IMG/VR virus record: IMGVR_UViG_3300017963_000192
Location: 1 to 64,000 of that record
Length of the DNA stretch: 64,000 bases
Reading direction: 5' to 3' (one strand)
Shown here: positions 1 to 9,623 of the stretch, one piece after another
Position numbering within the stretch: position 1 is the stretch's first letter
Layout: each line of letters begins with the position of its first letter
Made by a program: the position numbers and the translations under genes
The notes under the pieces: generated by a model
Told to the model about the DNA's origin: nothing
Databases searched by the model: none
What the model saw: only the letters and a program-made list of their open reading frames with translations

Positions 1-141
1 GACTTGATCTGAAAATCGAAACAGCGGACAACAGCACCTTTCCAAAACAGGTCTTAATATAAAAATCATACTTGACATTTAAAGATACTTACAGTAAAAT
101 TTATCCACAGCAGTAGTCCTGCTTCGGAAAGCTGCGGGACG
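1..141 (+). mobile_element. 3' part of an attC-like integron recombination site (start lies outside the window)
   Basis: Ends in hairpin GTCCTGC..GCGGGAC followed by core site G|TTGTGC at 141. Resembles long spirochaete-type attC ends (recalled, not searched). Confidence 0.55.
72..100 (+). promoter_or_regulatory. sigma70-type promoter pointing into the cassette
   Basis: TTGACA (72-77), 17-bp spacer, TAAAAT (95-100). Confidence 0.65.
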
Positions 142-170
142 TTGTGCGCAATTTCGAGCAAAAACTTAAA

Positions 171-193
171 AAGCCGCACGTCCTGTGCGGCTT
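171..193 (-). terminator. intrinsic terminator after vsr
   Basis: Perfect 9-bp stem AAGCCGCAC/GTGCGGCTT, followed by a T-rich run on the minus strand. Confidence 0.7.
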
Positions 194-572
194 ATTGATC
201 AAATATATTATCTAAAACCATTTTCTTCAATTTTTTTAATTTATTTTCATTTATTTCACATTCCCAAATAATTAAAACATTCCAACCAAGTTTTTTTAAT
301 TCTTTTTTATTTCTTTTATCTCTTTCAATATTTTTTTGAAATTTATCTTCCCAATATTTACTATTAGTGGCTGGCATTGATGCTCTTTTACAATTTTTAT
401 GCCTATGCCAAAAACAACCATGAACAAATATAATAGTATTATATTTTTTTAATACAATATCAGGTTTTCCTGGTAAATTTTCTACATTTATTCTAAACCT
501 AAAACCTTCGCCATGTAACCATTTCCTAACAAGTTTTTCCGGTGTTGTGTTTGAAGAAGGTACTTTTGACAT
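192..572 (-). CDS. vsr: very-short-patch repair endonuclease; natural start probably 607, out of frame at an A10 tract
   Basis: TTPEKLVRKWL, LPGKPDIV, IFVHGCFWHRH, GWNVLIIWEC motifs. Confidence 0.95.
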   Translation of the reverse strand: MSKVPSSNTTPEKLVRKWLHGEGFRFRINVENLPGKPDIVLKKYNTIIFVHGCFWHRHKNCKRASMPATNSKYWEDKFQKNIERDKRNKKELKKLGWNVLIIWECEINENKLKKLKKMVLDNIFDQ

Positions 573-609
573 AATTTCCCTTCTTTTTTTTTTGAAAATT
601 TATCCATTA

Positions 610-858
610 TTACTTAGTAAATTCTTTGTAAAGTAATACTGACCGTTTTAACTGTGATTTAACTGAAGGTGAAAGCTCTTTAAATTTGTCATTACTTGAG
701 ACATCAAATATTATTTTATCAATAGATTTATTAAAGTTTACATTAAATAAACTTGAAACACGTTTTAATCTTGATAAAACATCTCTTGCGGATTTAATTT
801 CAAACCCTTTTTCATCGATTAACCATTCTTGAAAATTTGATTTGTCTTTCTCATCCAT
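610..858 (-). CDS. small helical protein of the C5-MTase operon
   Basis: 82 aa, abuts both the MTase stop and the vsr start. Confidence 0.7.
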   Translation of the reverse strand: MDEKDKSNFQEWLIDEKGFEIKSARDVLSRLKRVSSLFNVNFNKSIDKIIFDVSSNDKFKELSPSVKSQLKRSVLLYKEFTK

Positions 859-1779
859 TTATTTTGCCTTTTTAAAAATTATTGTATTTTGCATATCTAT
901 ATATTCATTTATACACTTTGCAATAAATTCAGCCATTTTGACAGGTACTGCATTCCCTATCATTTGCTCTAATTCCGTTTTGCTACCTTCCCAATAAAAA
1001 TCTTTTGGAAATGTCTGAATTCTTGCTCTTTCAATAGTTGTTAAAGGCCTTAATTTGCTTGATTTTTTTATTGGGTCACCGGGATGTCCAGGATAACCTT
1101 TAGGGACAGGCCTATTTACACCTCGTATTGTTGGCGAAGGCTCATCAATTGAAAATATTCCCCTCCTATTGTAGTTCCTAGGATGACGATAAAAATATTC
1201 AATATCAAGTTCTTCTCCAAAATAATCTCTTACAGTCATAGGTTTTGTTGAGAGGTTGTTTTGTATTATTTCATCTAAAAATCCATCTTCTGCATTTTTA
1301 ACACCCACGCAGAAAAATCTTTTTCTTTTTTGTGGAACACCACAATAACTTGAATCAATAACCTTTTCTGTCAGCCCATAATACGATTCTTTAAATATTT
1401 TTCTAGCCTTTATATAACTATTACTCTTAACAATTCTATCCACATTTTCCATTACAAACCACTCTGGCTTGACCTCTTGAATTATCTTTGCAAAAGATAT
1501 AGTTAAATCAGCTCTATCGCCCTCTTTTCTCTTCCCGGCATGTGAAAAATCTTGACATGGAGGTCCACCAATGATTATAAAAGGTTTATGTTTTGAAATA
1601 ATTTTCGCAGAATTTTCATGATTCGATAAATCAATATCTGAAATATCATGTTTAAAGTTAGTTTTATATATATTTATTGCTTTTTCCCAGTTATCAAATG
1701 CATGAGCAACATTAAAACCTTCATTCATAAATCCCAAGGACATTCCACCACAGCCAGCAAAGATATCTATTGTTTTCAT
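859..1779 (-). CDS. C5-cytosine DNA methyltransferase, M.HgiDI-like (predicted GRCGYC)
   Basis: Motifs FAGCGG, GGPPCQDFS, ENV, QxRxR, GNAV. TRD YRHPRNYNRRGIFSIDEPSPTIRGVNRP resembles M.HgiDI from memory. Start set at MKTID. Confidence 0.92.
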   Translation of the reverse strand: MKTIDIFAGCGGMSLGFMNEGFNVAHAFDNWEKAINIYKTNFKHDISDIDLSNHENSAKIISKHKPFIIIGGPPCQDFSHAGKRKEGDRADLTISFAKIIQEVKPEWFVMENVDRIVKSNSYIKARKIFKESYYGLTEKVIDSSYCGVPQKRKRFFCVGVKNAEDGFLDEIIQNNLSTKPMTVRDYFGEELDIEYFYRHPRNYNRRGIFSIDEPSPTIRGVNRPVPKGYPGHPGDPIKKSSKLRPLTTIERARIQTFPKDFYWEGSKTELEQMIGNAVPVKMAEFIAKCINEYIDMQNTIIFKKAK

Positions 1780-1807
1780 ATATTTCTTCCGATATTTAAT
1801 ATATGAC

Positions 1808-1857
1808 ATAATAATCATATTACAACAATGACGTCAAGTATTTGACGCCTTTATTAT
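1808..1857. promoter_or_regulatory. divergent M/R promoter region containing two GRCGYC sites
   Basis: Minus-strand TTGACG(1837-1832)-18-TATTAT(1813-1808); GACGTC at 1830-1835; GACGCC at 1844-1849. Confidence 0.6.
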
Positions 1858-1878
1858 AAAATTTTGAGGTGTTTTTTT

Positions 1879-2928
1879 ATGCCAGAAGAACCTAGCCTTT
1901 ACGGAATAATTAATTCAAATCGAACAGGGGATGATCTTTGGGGAAAAAATCAATTTAATAGTTCATTCCCTGTTTCTTTGGCATGCTACATGAGAGACAA
2001 TGACATTAATGCTATATATTTATCTTTGAATGAAAATCTTGAAGTTGTTGCAAATGAACTACATTTTAATGAAGTTTTTAATACATCTTTAGACTCAAAT
2101 GATATATATTTTTCTTTTGAATCAAAATTTGATCCGTATCAAGTTTATTCGTACGATGATATTTCAGGAATTGATCTTGTTGTTAAAGATACTTCAGGCA
2201 ACTTTTTACAACCACTGGAAATTAAATTAACCGTAATACCTGATAATAGTACATATCAAAACAATGAAAGTGAATGGGGTTCAGAAATTGTAATTAGACC
2301 TCCTACTACAAAATATTGTGGCTTAGGCATGGTACATTCCTGTATAAATCAATTAGAGGAAATAAGAAATATATTTGAACCTGTTTGCCATGATGTAAGA
2401 CACTGGGACAGTATTCCCGAAATAAATTCAAAGATGGATGATTTTATTGATGCATTAAATATTTTTGAAAGTCAGTATATTCAATTTCAAAAACCATTAT
2501 TATTACAGCCAATATGGAAAACGCAAGGTAAAAGCCCTTTATTAGCAGAGAATGCATTTGATATTTTTGTATGGAGTGATTTTGCTTTAAGCAGACTTTT
2601 TATTGATGCTTCAAACAATAGAAATGATAATGTAACTCGCTTGATGAGAAGTACTGCTCGTTTAACAAGATTTCTTTATGAAATAAGTACACGTAGAATT
2701 ACTCATTTGAATCATATTTACACAGAAATGACATTCGGTCATCAAACTGATAAAGAATTTTCAGTGAATGGTTCAAAAACTGTTCCATATATGAATCATG
2801 TTAGACGTTTCAATCCCATATTACCCCAAAGTGTTCTTTCTAATATTATTCTTGGTGGTGGTGAAGAAAAATTAAGTCCTGAAAGAAGATTTGACCAAAC
2901 GATATACTATACAATTGCAAATAGATAG
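1879..2928 (+). CDS. type II restriction endonuclease, HindVP/HgiDI-like
   Basis: SNR..LWGKNQFNSSFP, EIKLTVIPD, QPIWKT and LSPERRFD motifs; SD GAGGTG at 1866; divergent from the C5 MTase. Confidence 0.8.
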   Translation: MPEEPSLYGIINSNRTGDDLWGKNQFNSSFPVSLACYMRDNDINAIYLSLNENLEVVANELHFNEVFNTSLDSNDIYFSFESKFDPYQVYSYDDISGIDLVVKDTSGNFLQPLEIKLTVIPDNSTYQNNESEWGSEIVIRPPTTKYCGLGMVHSCINQLEEIRNIFEPVCHDVRHWDSIPEINSKMDDFIDALNIFESQYIQFQKPLLLQPIWKTQGKSPLLAENAFDIFVWSDFALSRLFIDASNNRNDNVTRLMRSTARLTRFLYEISTRRITHLNHIYTEMTFGHQTDKEFSVNGSKTVPYMNHVRRFNPILPQSVLSNIILGGGEEKLSPERRFDQTIYYTIANR

Positions 2929-2991
2929 TTTTTCAATCAGCCTCCGCCCTCCTTGGCTCCGGCTGACTAAATGTAAGAAGCTCGAAACTGC

Positions 2992-3070
2992 GCACAACAC
3001 GGCGTAATGCGTTGCGCTCCCTGCGGTCGCTTGGGCTTCACCACATTTTCACCTCCGCTATCGCTACGGT
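2992..3070 (+). mobile_element. 5' part of an attC-like site, truncated
   Basis: Starts GCACAAC (R''), then GC-rich CGCTCCCTGCGGTCGCTTGGGCTTCACCACATTT. No matching R' found downstream. Confidence 0.55.
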
Positions 3071-3916
3071 ATAATTTGTTATAATTAATTCATTGCCAAT
3101 TTTTCTGGTACCATTTTTACAATTTGAAGTATTATATAACCATGAACGCTCATATATCTGTGCCCAGTTGTATAGATCTCTAATTTCAGGACAGTCATCA
3201 TATGATAAGCAGAAATAAAAACTTGTTTTTTTTAAAATATTTGCTAAGCGATGGTGATCATTTTCCACGAAAGATTTTTGATATGCTCGTTTTTGGTCTG
3301 CATGATAGTACGGTGGGTCTAAATATATCAATACACTTTTACCTTTTTGAGGAGTGTTTATAACATACTCAAAATCTAAACTAGTAAGCTCAACATTATG
3401 AAGTTTGTTGCCAGCATTTTCAATAAATTTACCCCAATTTTGAGGCGGAGAGCTTTTACCTTCTTTATAACCCCAAGCCGGCTTATGTATAATGCCTGAG
3501 TATGAGGTACGATTTAAATAATAAATTTTAAATGCGTTTTCAAGTAATGATTCCGGTGAAAAATTTTTTATTTCGGCATGCCTTTCTTTTGTAGCAATTT
3601 CTTTTGAAATTAACTTCTGAAGTTTATGACGATTATCATTGCAAGCAATAATATTATAAACATCTATTATATCTTTATCAATATCATTGAGCCAATTATA
3701 TTGTGATTTATTTTTCCCAAAAAAAATATTTCCACCACCTACAAACGGTTCTCTAAATTCGTCATGTGGGACACAATTAATGAAAGGTAGAATATATTTA
3801 AGAGCATAAAATTTACCCCCTGGATATCTAAAAGGTGATGCAACAAAATCGCTTGACTTAATGTAACTACCATCAGAATCAAATTCGATTATATTATTGT
3901 GAAATATTTTATTCAT
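3038..3916 (-). CDS. D12-class (Dam family) N6-adenine DNA methyltransferase
   Basis: RYPGGK, EPFVGGG, NDID, LNRTSYSG, YLDPPY, ELIITNY. Confidence 0.92.
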   Translation of the reverse strand: MNKIFHNNIIEFDSDGSYIKSSDFVASPFRYPGGKFYALKYILPFINCVPHDEFREPFVGGGNIFFGKNKSQYNWLNDIDKDIIDVYNIIACNDNRHKLQKLISKEIATKERHAEIKNFSPESLLENAFKIYYLNRTSYSGIIHKPAWGYKEGKSSPPQNWGKFIENAGNKLHNVELTSLDFEYVINTPQKGKSVLIYLDPPYYHADQKRAYQKSFVENDHHRLANILKKTSFYFCLSYDDCPEIRDLYNWAQIYERSWLYNTSNCKNGTRKIGNELIITNYTVAIAEVKMW

Positions 3917-3936
3917 GAAAAAGCCTGTTATCGTTA

Positions 3937-4740
3937 TTATATTTCATAATTGGTGATAATTAATTCAAAGCCTAATCTTCTTTTTCCCTTTTGAATATGT
4001 GAATTGTCAACTCTATAGAAAAAATTAGCCTCATGTATATTTGCCCATTTGTACATATCTCTTACTTCAGGAACATCATCATATGTTAAGAAAAAACTAT
4101 ATTTTGTTTCTTTTAATAGGGATAATAGTCTGTAGTGATCGTCAATGCTAAAACCATTCCTATAATGTTTGTTTTTTGGTGGAGAAAAATATGGAGGATC
4201 AACATATAATAAAACTTTTGAAGTATTAGTTTGCTTTTTAATTACTTTTTCAAAATCATAGTTTGTCAATTTAATATTTTCAAGTTTTTCACCACAAGGT
4301 ATGATTCTTTCATGCCATCTTTCAGGTGGTAAACTTCTTTTAGGTCTATAACCCCAAGCAGCTGAGGCAAGTTTGCCGCTAAATGATGTCCTATTTAAAT
4401 AATAATATTTGAATGCAATTTCCATTTCATTATTTGGGTTGAAATCATATATTTCTTTCCATCTTTCTTTTGATGCAATTTCTTGAGATAATTGATTGAT
4501 TAATTTTGTTCTTTTATTTGGATCGCTCATTATTTTAAAAGTAGTGATTAATTCATTATCAATATCATTGAGCCAATTTTGATTAGATTTAGGTTTATTG
4601 AAAAAAACAGAACCTCCACCTACAAACGGTTCTCTGTATTCTTCGTGTAAAATATTGCTCCAAAAAGGTCTTAAAATATTCAATGCATAATATTTTCCAC
4701 CAGGATATCTTAATGGTATTGGATGTCTTTTAAGTGTCAT
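3937..4740 (-). CDS. second D12-class N6-adenine DNA methyltransferase
   Basis: Same motifs with YVDPPY. Start set at MTLKRHP after SD AAAGGA; upstream TTGACA-16-TACATT. Confidence 0.92.
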   Translation of the reverse strand: MTLKRHPIPLRYPGGKYYALNILRPFWSNILHEEYREPFVGGGSVFFNKPKSNQNWLNDIDNELITTFKIMSDPNKRTKLINQLSQEIASKERWKEIYDFNPNNEMEIAFKYYYLNRTSFSGKLASAAWGYRPKRSLPPERWHERIIPCGEKLENIKLTNYDFEKVIKKQTNTSKVLLYVDPPYFSPPKNKHYRNGFSIDDHYRLLSLLKETKYSFFLTYDDVPEVRDMYKWANIHEANFFYRVDNSHIQKGKRRLGFELIITNYEI

Positions 4741-4811
4741 AATCTTATCCTTTTCAATACGTAACAAATGTATAGCTGTATGAAAAATTGTCAAGTAAAA
4801 AATTCCATTTA

Positions 4812-4988
4812 TTATAACATAACTACTTCTGAATACATACAGTTTTCTTTGCAAAACTTTGTTTGTTTTATTGTTTCATTGTTTTGTAAAGCTAACTCCT
4901 TTTTTGATATAGAACAATTAATAAAAATACATAATGATAAAATAATAATTTTTTTCCTTTTATTTTCCTTTACGATTTGTGTCTTCAT
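4812..4988 (-). CDS. 58-aa putative lipoprotein (not in the ORF track)
   Basis: Hand translation MKTQIVKENKRKKIIILSLCIFINCSISKK...: basic N-region, hydrophobic core, lipobox-like IFINC. Confidence 0.4.
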   Translation of the reverse strand: MKTQIVKENKRKKIIILSLCIFINCSISKKELALQNNETIKQTKFCKENCMYSEVVML

Positions 4989-4993
4989 TTTAT

Positions 4994-5263
4994 TTAATGT
5001 TTAAAGTCTTTTGTTTCATTTTTATTTAAAAGTTCACTAGATACTGCTATATAATTGAGAATAATATTAGCCATTGCTCCTCTATTGCTTTCACAAATTT
5101 TCATTAATTCTCCCATTAGTGAAAATACATCGTTTTTTATCATAGCTTCTTTTATTAAAGCCTCACCTTTTTCTATCTCTTCACCAGTAACATTTAAAGA
5201 TTCCAAAATTCTAAAATAGTTTTCCTCTTTTTTTGTTTTTATCCTATTGTTTTTATTCCCCAA
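4994..5263 (-). CDS. hypothetical phage protein
   Basis: Tightly packed minus-strand ORF. Confidence 0.55.
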   Translation of the reverse strand: MGNKNNRIKTKKEENYFRILESLNVTGEEIEKGEALIKEAMIKNDVFSLMGELMKICESNRGAMANIILNYIAVSSELLNKNETKDFKH

Positions 5264-5658
5264 GAAGTGCTTTCTTCATTTTCGTGGCGACATTTATCTG
5301 TATTCATATATTTACAATCAATAGGACGAGGCTCATTATCAATTGGTTTAAGGGGTTTCTTTTCATAGTCTTTAAATACAGATTCTAAAATATTGGTTAC
5401 TTTGTTGTAAATATAATGGCTACCTTCTCCGCATTTGAAATAATCCTCTATACATCTTTTTATTTTATCGTCTATTTCTCTTCTTACTATCATTTCTATT
5501 GTGCCATCTAGTCCACTAAGATTTTTAGCAAGTTCCTCCTTAACTCTTTGCTCTATGACTTCCCCTAATTCTGAACCATTTATTCCGAGATGATGTTTTA
5601 TTTCGTGAACCATATAGTCAAGTGTTAATGTTACAGTAGGTACTGCTCTAGCATCCAT
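5239..5658 (-). CDS. hypothetical phage protein
   Basis: Tightly packed minus-strand ORF. Confidence 0.6.
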   Translation of the reverse strand: MDARAVPTVTLTLDYMVHEIKHHLGINGSELGEVIEQRVKEELAKNLSGLDGTIEMIVRREIDDKIKRCIEDYFKCGEGSHYIYNKVTNILESVFKDYEKKPLKPIDNEPRPIDCKYMNTDKCRHENEESTSWGIKTIG

Positions 5659-5659
5659 A

Positions 5660-5935
5660 TTAAACCTCCTCTTTATATTTTTCTAATAGTTCTTTTTTTA
5701 TTCTTAATCCTTCTGTTCCAAAAGTGTGCTTTATGTTTTCATCTTTAGCACGTTCCAATAAAGCCATTAAAATATTTATATTTTCATCAAAAACTTTAGT
5801 GTGACGTTTGTATCTTTTAAAAGCCTCTTCACCCGCATCGGTAAGTATTCTTAAACAAGTATCACAAATATCGAGTCCATCATCTATTTCTTTTTCACAG
5901 TATTCACATACATTGAGTTCAATTATCTTTTTCAT
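5660..5935 (-). CDS. Zn-finger hypothetical protein
   Basis: CEYC..CDTC. Confidence 0.6.
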   Translation of the reverse strand: MKKIIELNVCEYCEKEIDDGLDICDTCLRILTDAGEEAFKRYKRHTKVFDENINILMALLERAKDENIKHTFGTEGLRIKKELLEKYKEEV

Positions 5936-6063
5936 TATCTTCCTCCATTTCTCTTTTTTGATTTAAAACACACTCAAAACAAAGATTAATTTTGTCTTTT
6001 CCGTAGGATCTTACTTTTTCTACACTTCCGCAACAATCACAAGTTTCTTTTTCTTTTTTCATA

Positions 6064-6645
6064 TCAACACCATACCCTACTTATCGGACTTTTCTCATAT
6101 GTAATCATAATTCTTGAATCTTTAGGTGGTTTTTTTGTTAAATGTAAAACATCTCCATTAGTAGTGCGAATCCCACCAAAACTAGAATCAATTATTTTAA
6201 ATTCATTTTCAGTTATAATACATCCATTAATATATACTGCTCTAACATTTTTAACAACGTATTCTAAATAATAATTACTACTTCTAAAAAATCCTGATCC
6301 AGTAGTGAATGTTTCGGTTCTTATTTCTTTTTTATTACCATCCTTATAACTATCCTTTTCAACACCATCACTAATTAATACACACCTTTCATTAGAAGTC
6401 CAAGATTTCTTTTTCTTCTTCTTTATATATTTGGGGCGACCACAATATTCACAAACATCGGAATTCAAACTATAAGGTGCTCCACAACTCTTGCATTCAG
6501 TAAGGTCATATTTCTCTTTAGATTCTTTATGTTGTACTTGGGCATCAACATAAGCCTTGTTTACTGCGGGGTATAATTCTGGAGGACTTAATTCAACAAA
6601 TCCCGTAGATGTTGAAAGAATTTTTAAAAGATCTGCTTGAGTCAT
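6064..6645 (-). CDS. Zn-ribbon hypothetical protein
   Basis: CKSCGA..CEYCG. Confidence 0.65.
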   Translation of the reverse strand: MTQADLLKILSTSTGFVELSPPELYPAVNKAYVDAQVQHKESKEKYDLTECKSCGAPYSLNSDVCEYCGRPKYIKKKKKKSWTSNERCVLISDGVEKDSYKDGNKKEIRTETFTTGSGFFRSSNYYLEYVVKNVRAVYINGCIITENEFKIIDSSFGGIRTTNGDVLHLTKKPPKDSRIMITYEKSPISRVWC

Positions 6646-6655
6646 TTTGTTCTCC

Positions 6656-7953
6656 TTAAATATCCGTAATTTTTCTATGATGTCTGTATTCTAGTTCTCT
6701 TTTTTTTATTTCGTCCTCATCTAAAATAATTCCTTGAAAAACTTTTTTAACTCGCCACCCATTTTCCCATTTACCATAATCATCTTTTATTTTTAACAAT
6801 TTATCTTGTTTAGCAAATTTTTCTGGTATCCAGGAAATTACATTTATTATTCCGTATTTACTCGTTTTTATTAATTTACATTGTTTATACTTCATCTTCT
6901 TCCTCATCATAAAATTCTAAAGCTTCTTTATAGCAATTGGGACAAAGACTATAACAATCACCGTGATAATCTTCGTAAGGAAAGAGGTGTTCTCCACAAA
7001 AATACCCCTCACAATGAAATTCTCCACTACCATGCATAGGCCCACATTTATACGCTAAACCTCTGTCAATCTTGTTATTGCATCCCTCATAGTCACATAC
7101 AGCTTCTATACCATATCCTATATCTCTTCCTTTAGAATCTTTTCCACAATAAGCCCAACCCATTATTTTATTCTCCAATTTAGAAATCTCGTATCCGAGA
7201 CGGTTATTAATCATCATCAAAGATAATTGTTTCTATTGGTTTTAATCTTAAACCATAATATGTTTTACATTTATTACATGTAACTTCTATTACAAGACTA
7301 TCGTTATCAATATACATAGATTCACCATCTAAAAACAAGTCAGTTGATCCACACCCACATTTGAATCCATTCTTCATATATGGCTCTAACCATTCATTAC
7401 TAGGCATTATGTATCTTTATCTCCTATTAATCTAAAAACATAATCTTTCTTTTGCACTTCTTTTTCAAGTGATTTTTCTAAATCAATTATTTCTTCTTCA
7501 AGACCATTAACATAAGAATCCTTTCTATGTATAATTTTAATTATCTCTTTTCTTGTATATCCTAATGATAGCAACAGTCTAAAAAAATCGTCCATTATTC
7601 GGGATAATGGTACTTTTTTATTTCTTTTTATACATATAGTTTTATTTTCATCTTCTATGATTATTTTCATATTATTCATCACTGTTTATAAATTTGTCTT
7701 TGTTCCATCTATCTCGATAGGATCCTATTTCGAATTTTTTAATAAAACCTTTAGGATCAAGATGTAATAGCATAGAATCAGCGTGTGTAACTTTAACGAC
7801 TTGTTCTAATTGATCTATTCTATTAAGAATATCTTCTTGTTTTTCCATTATTTGAATATTTTCAAAATGGATTTGAAGATGCTTTAAAATCAAGAGAGAC
7901 ACCATTATTGTTATTCCTAACATTAAAAAGAAGTAGCTTTTTACAGATGTCAT
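6656..7953 (-). CDS. five small overlapping phage ORFs (6656-6910, 6885-7220, 7207-7407, 7407-7682, 7672-7953)
   Basis: Overlapping stop/start codons; two are Cys-rich and one has a TM helix. Confidence 0.6.
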
Positions 7954-7954
7954 A

Positions 7955-8962
7955 TTAATTCTCCTCGTAGTATTTTATCCATTTTTTTATAGTTGCGTCT
8001 GAAACATTATACATCTTTGAAATAGCTTTTATACTATATCCAAAATTGATAAGTTCTTTAAGTTCGTTTCTGGATGCTGGTGGTATATTAAACATTTTTA
8101 GTTTGTTTTTGTATTTGATGTAATCTTTTATGGGTTCTATTTTTTCGTGATAATTGTCTGGTTTTTTTGTTATTTGATACTCATATTTTAATGCGTGATT
8201 TCCTGTTTTTGGAGGTGTTACATAATATGCACAAATCTCATTATGATTAATCATTTTCATAAAATCATTTTGTATTTTCATTATAATTTCATAAACTGCA
8301 TAATAACTGACATCAACTTCATCAGCAATTTCTTGACATGTTTTTGCACCAAACATGTATTCATCACAAACCTTTTTAGTTGTTTCTGTTTTGGCTCTTT
8401 TTTTATAATAATTTAGAATTCTCATCATATGTTTCATAATTTCTTTTGTTATGAAATACTCATGTACTGAATTCTTTCCACCATATTTCCTATCCCTTGC
8501 TTGAGAATTAGCTACCATACTAATAGGAGTTTTTTTTAAGTGAATAATTTCTGTCTTTATTTGAGAATATAAATTTTTCTTTACTTTTATATTGATAAAA
8601 TAAGGAAATGATGCCATTTTTGAGTCATATTCTATTAAACCTTTTTCAAATAAAATGTATGATTGTTGAAATAAATCTTTAATATCTATTCTATTAGAAT
8701 AGCGTCTACAATATTTTTCATATGTAATAGATGTTGCTCTTTTTAATAAGGGAAGAAATATTACTAATAGAATATTTTTGACATCACTATTTCCTTTTTT
8801 AACAAGCTCTACTAAATAATTAATGTTTTTACAAAGTACTACCATTTCTTTATCAGATTTATTCCTCTTTCTTGCTAAAGATAATGTTTCTATTACTAAT
8901 CTGTTATACTTCGTTAATTTATATATAGTTCTTTCTATTTCTTTTTTGCTATATTTTATCAT
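7955..8962 (-). CDS. sigma70-family RNA polymerase sigma factor with an extra C-terminal HTH
   Basis: Region 2-like DLFQQSYILFEKGLIEYD..SFPYFI; region 4-like KTCQEIADEVDVSYYAV; second HTH GYSIKAISKMYNVSDATIKKWI. Confidence 0.7.
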   Translation of the reverse strand: MIKYSKKEIERTIYKLTKYNRLVIETLSLARKRNKSDKEMVVLCKNINYLVELVKKGNSDVKNILLVIFLPLLKRATSITYEKYCRRYSNRIDIKDLFQQSYILFEKGLIEYDSKMASFPYFINIKVKKNLYSQIKTEIIHLKKTPISMVANSQARDRKYGGKNSVHEYFITKEIMKHMMRILNYYKKRAKTETTKKVCDEYMFGAKTCQEIADEVDVSYYAVYEIIMKIQNDFMKMINHNEICAYYVTPPKTGNHALKYEYQITKKPDNYHEKIEPIKDYIKYKNKLKMFNIPPASRNELKELINFGYSIKAISKMYNVSDATIKKWIKYYEEN

Positions 8963-9623
8963 TTATATCTTAATAAATTTTATTCTAATCAGTTTCATTT
9001 TCTTCAAAATTTCTACTACACATTACTGAATATGAATCTAAAGATAAAGATCTTAAAATCTCTTTTATCCTCTCATCCATAGCCTCAAGAGCACCATTAT
9101 CTAATTCTTCACTAGTTTTAATAGTAAATGTAAGTGTAACCATTTAATTCTCCTTTTTACAAGTACAGACATTTATAGACAAAGAATGATCTGACTCGCC
9201 TAAAACTATTTTATTATGTATGACACACATATGCCATTCGTGACCATTTTCACAAATTCTATCTGATCTAGGACACCTACAAGATATTTGATAAGGTGCG
9301 TTACAGATTGGACAATAATCAAAATTTTTCATGTCGTATCATTTTCTTCCTTTTCTTTTTGTTTAATAATTTCTTCAACAGCTTTTGTATAACCACATCC
9401 TTTATCTATAAATGATAAATAATGTTTCCATAATTTTTTAACCGACATTCTTTTTAATTGTTTTTCAGTATAAAATTTCACTTATTCTTTTTTCTTTTAT
9501 ATTTATAGCATACATCATCTTCTAATATTAATATTCCTTGACCATCTCCTTCCCGTTTAAAACAAATATTCTCTGGTGTTGCATATTTACAATTTTTACA
9601 GCAAGGTTTTTCTTTTTTGTCCA

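Larger units (their letters stand above)
141..2998. repeat. 19-bp inverted repeat bounding the R-M cassette (141-159 / 2980-2998)
   Basis: GTTGTGCGCAATTTCGAGC vs GCTCGAAACTGCGCACAAC, 18/19 complementary. This is the R'/R'' complementarity expected of one gene cassette. Confidence 0.8.

Noticed and set aside
101-109. Perfect DnaA box TTATCCACA beside the promoter
   Set aside because: Single copy with no cluster or unwinding element; not enough for an origin call
2937-2966. Hairpin after the REase as a terminator
   Set aside because: Only 6 bp with an 18-nt loop and no U-tract
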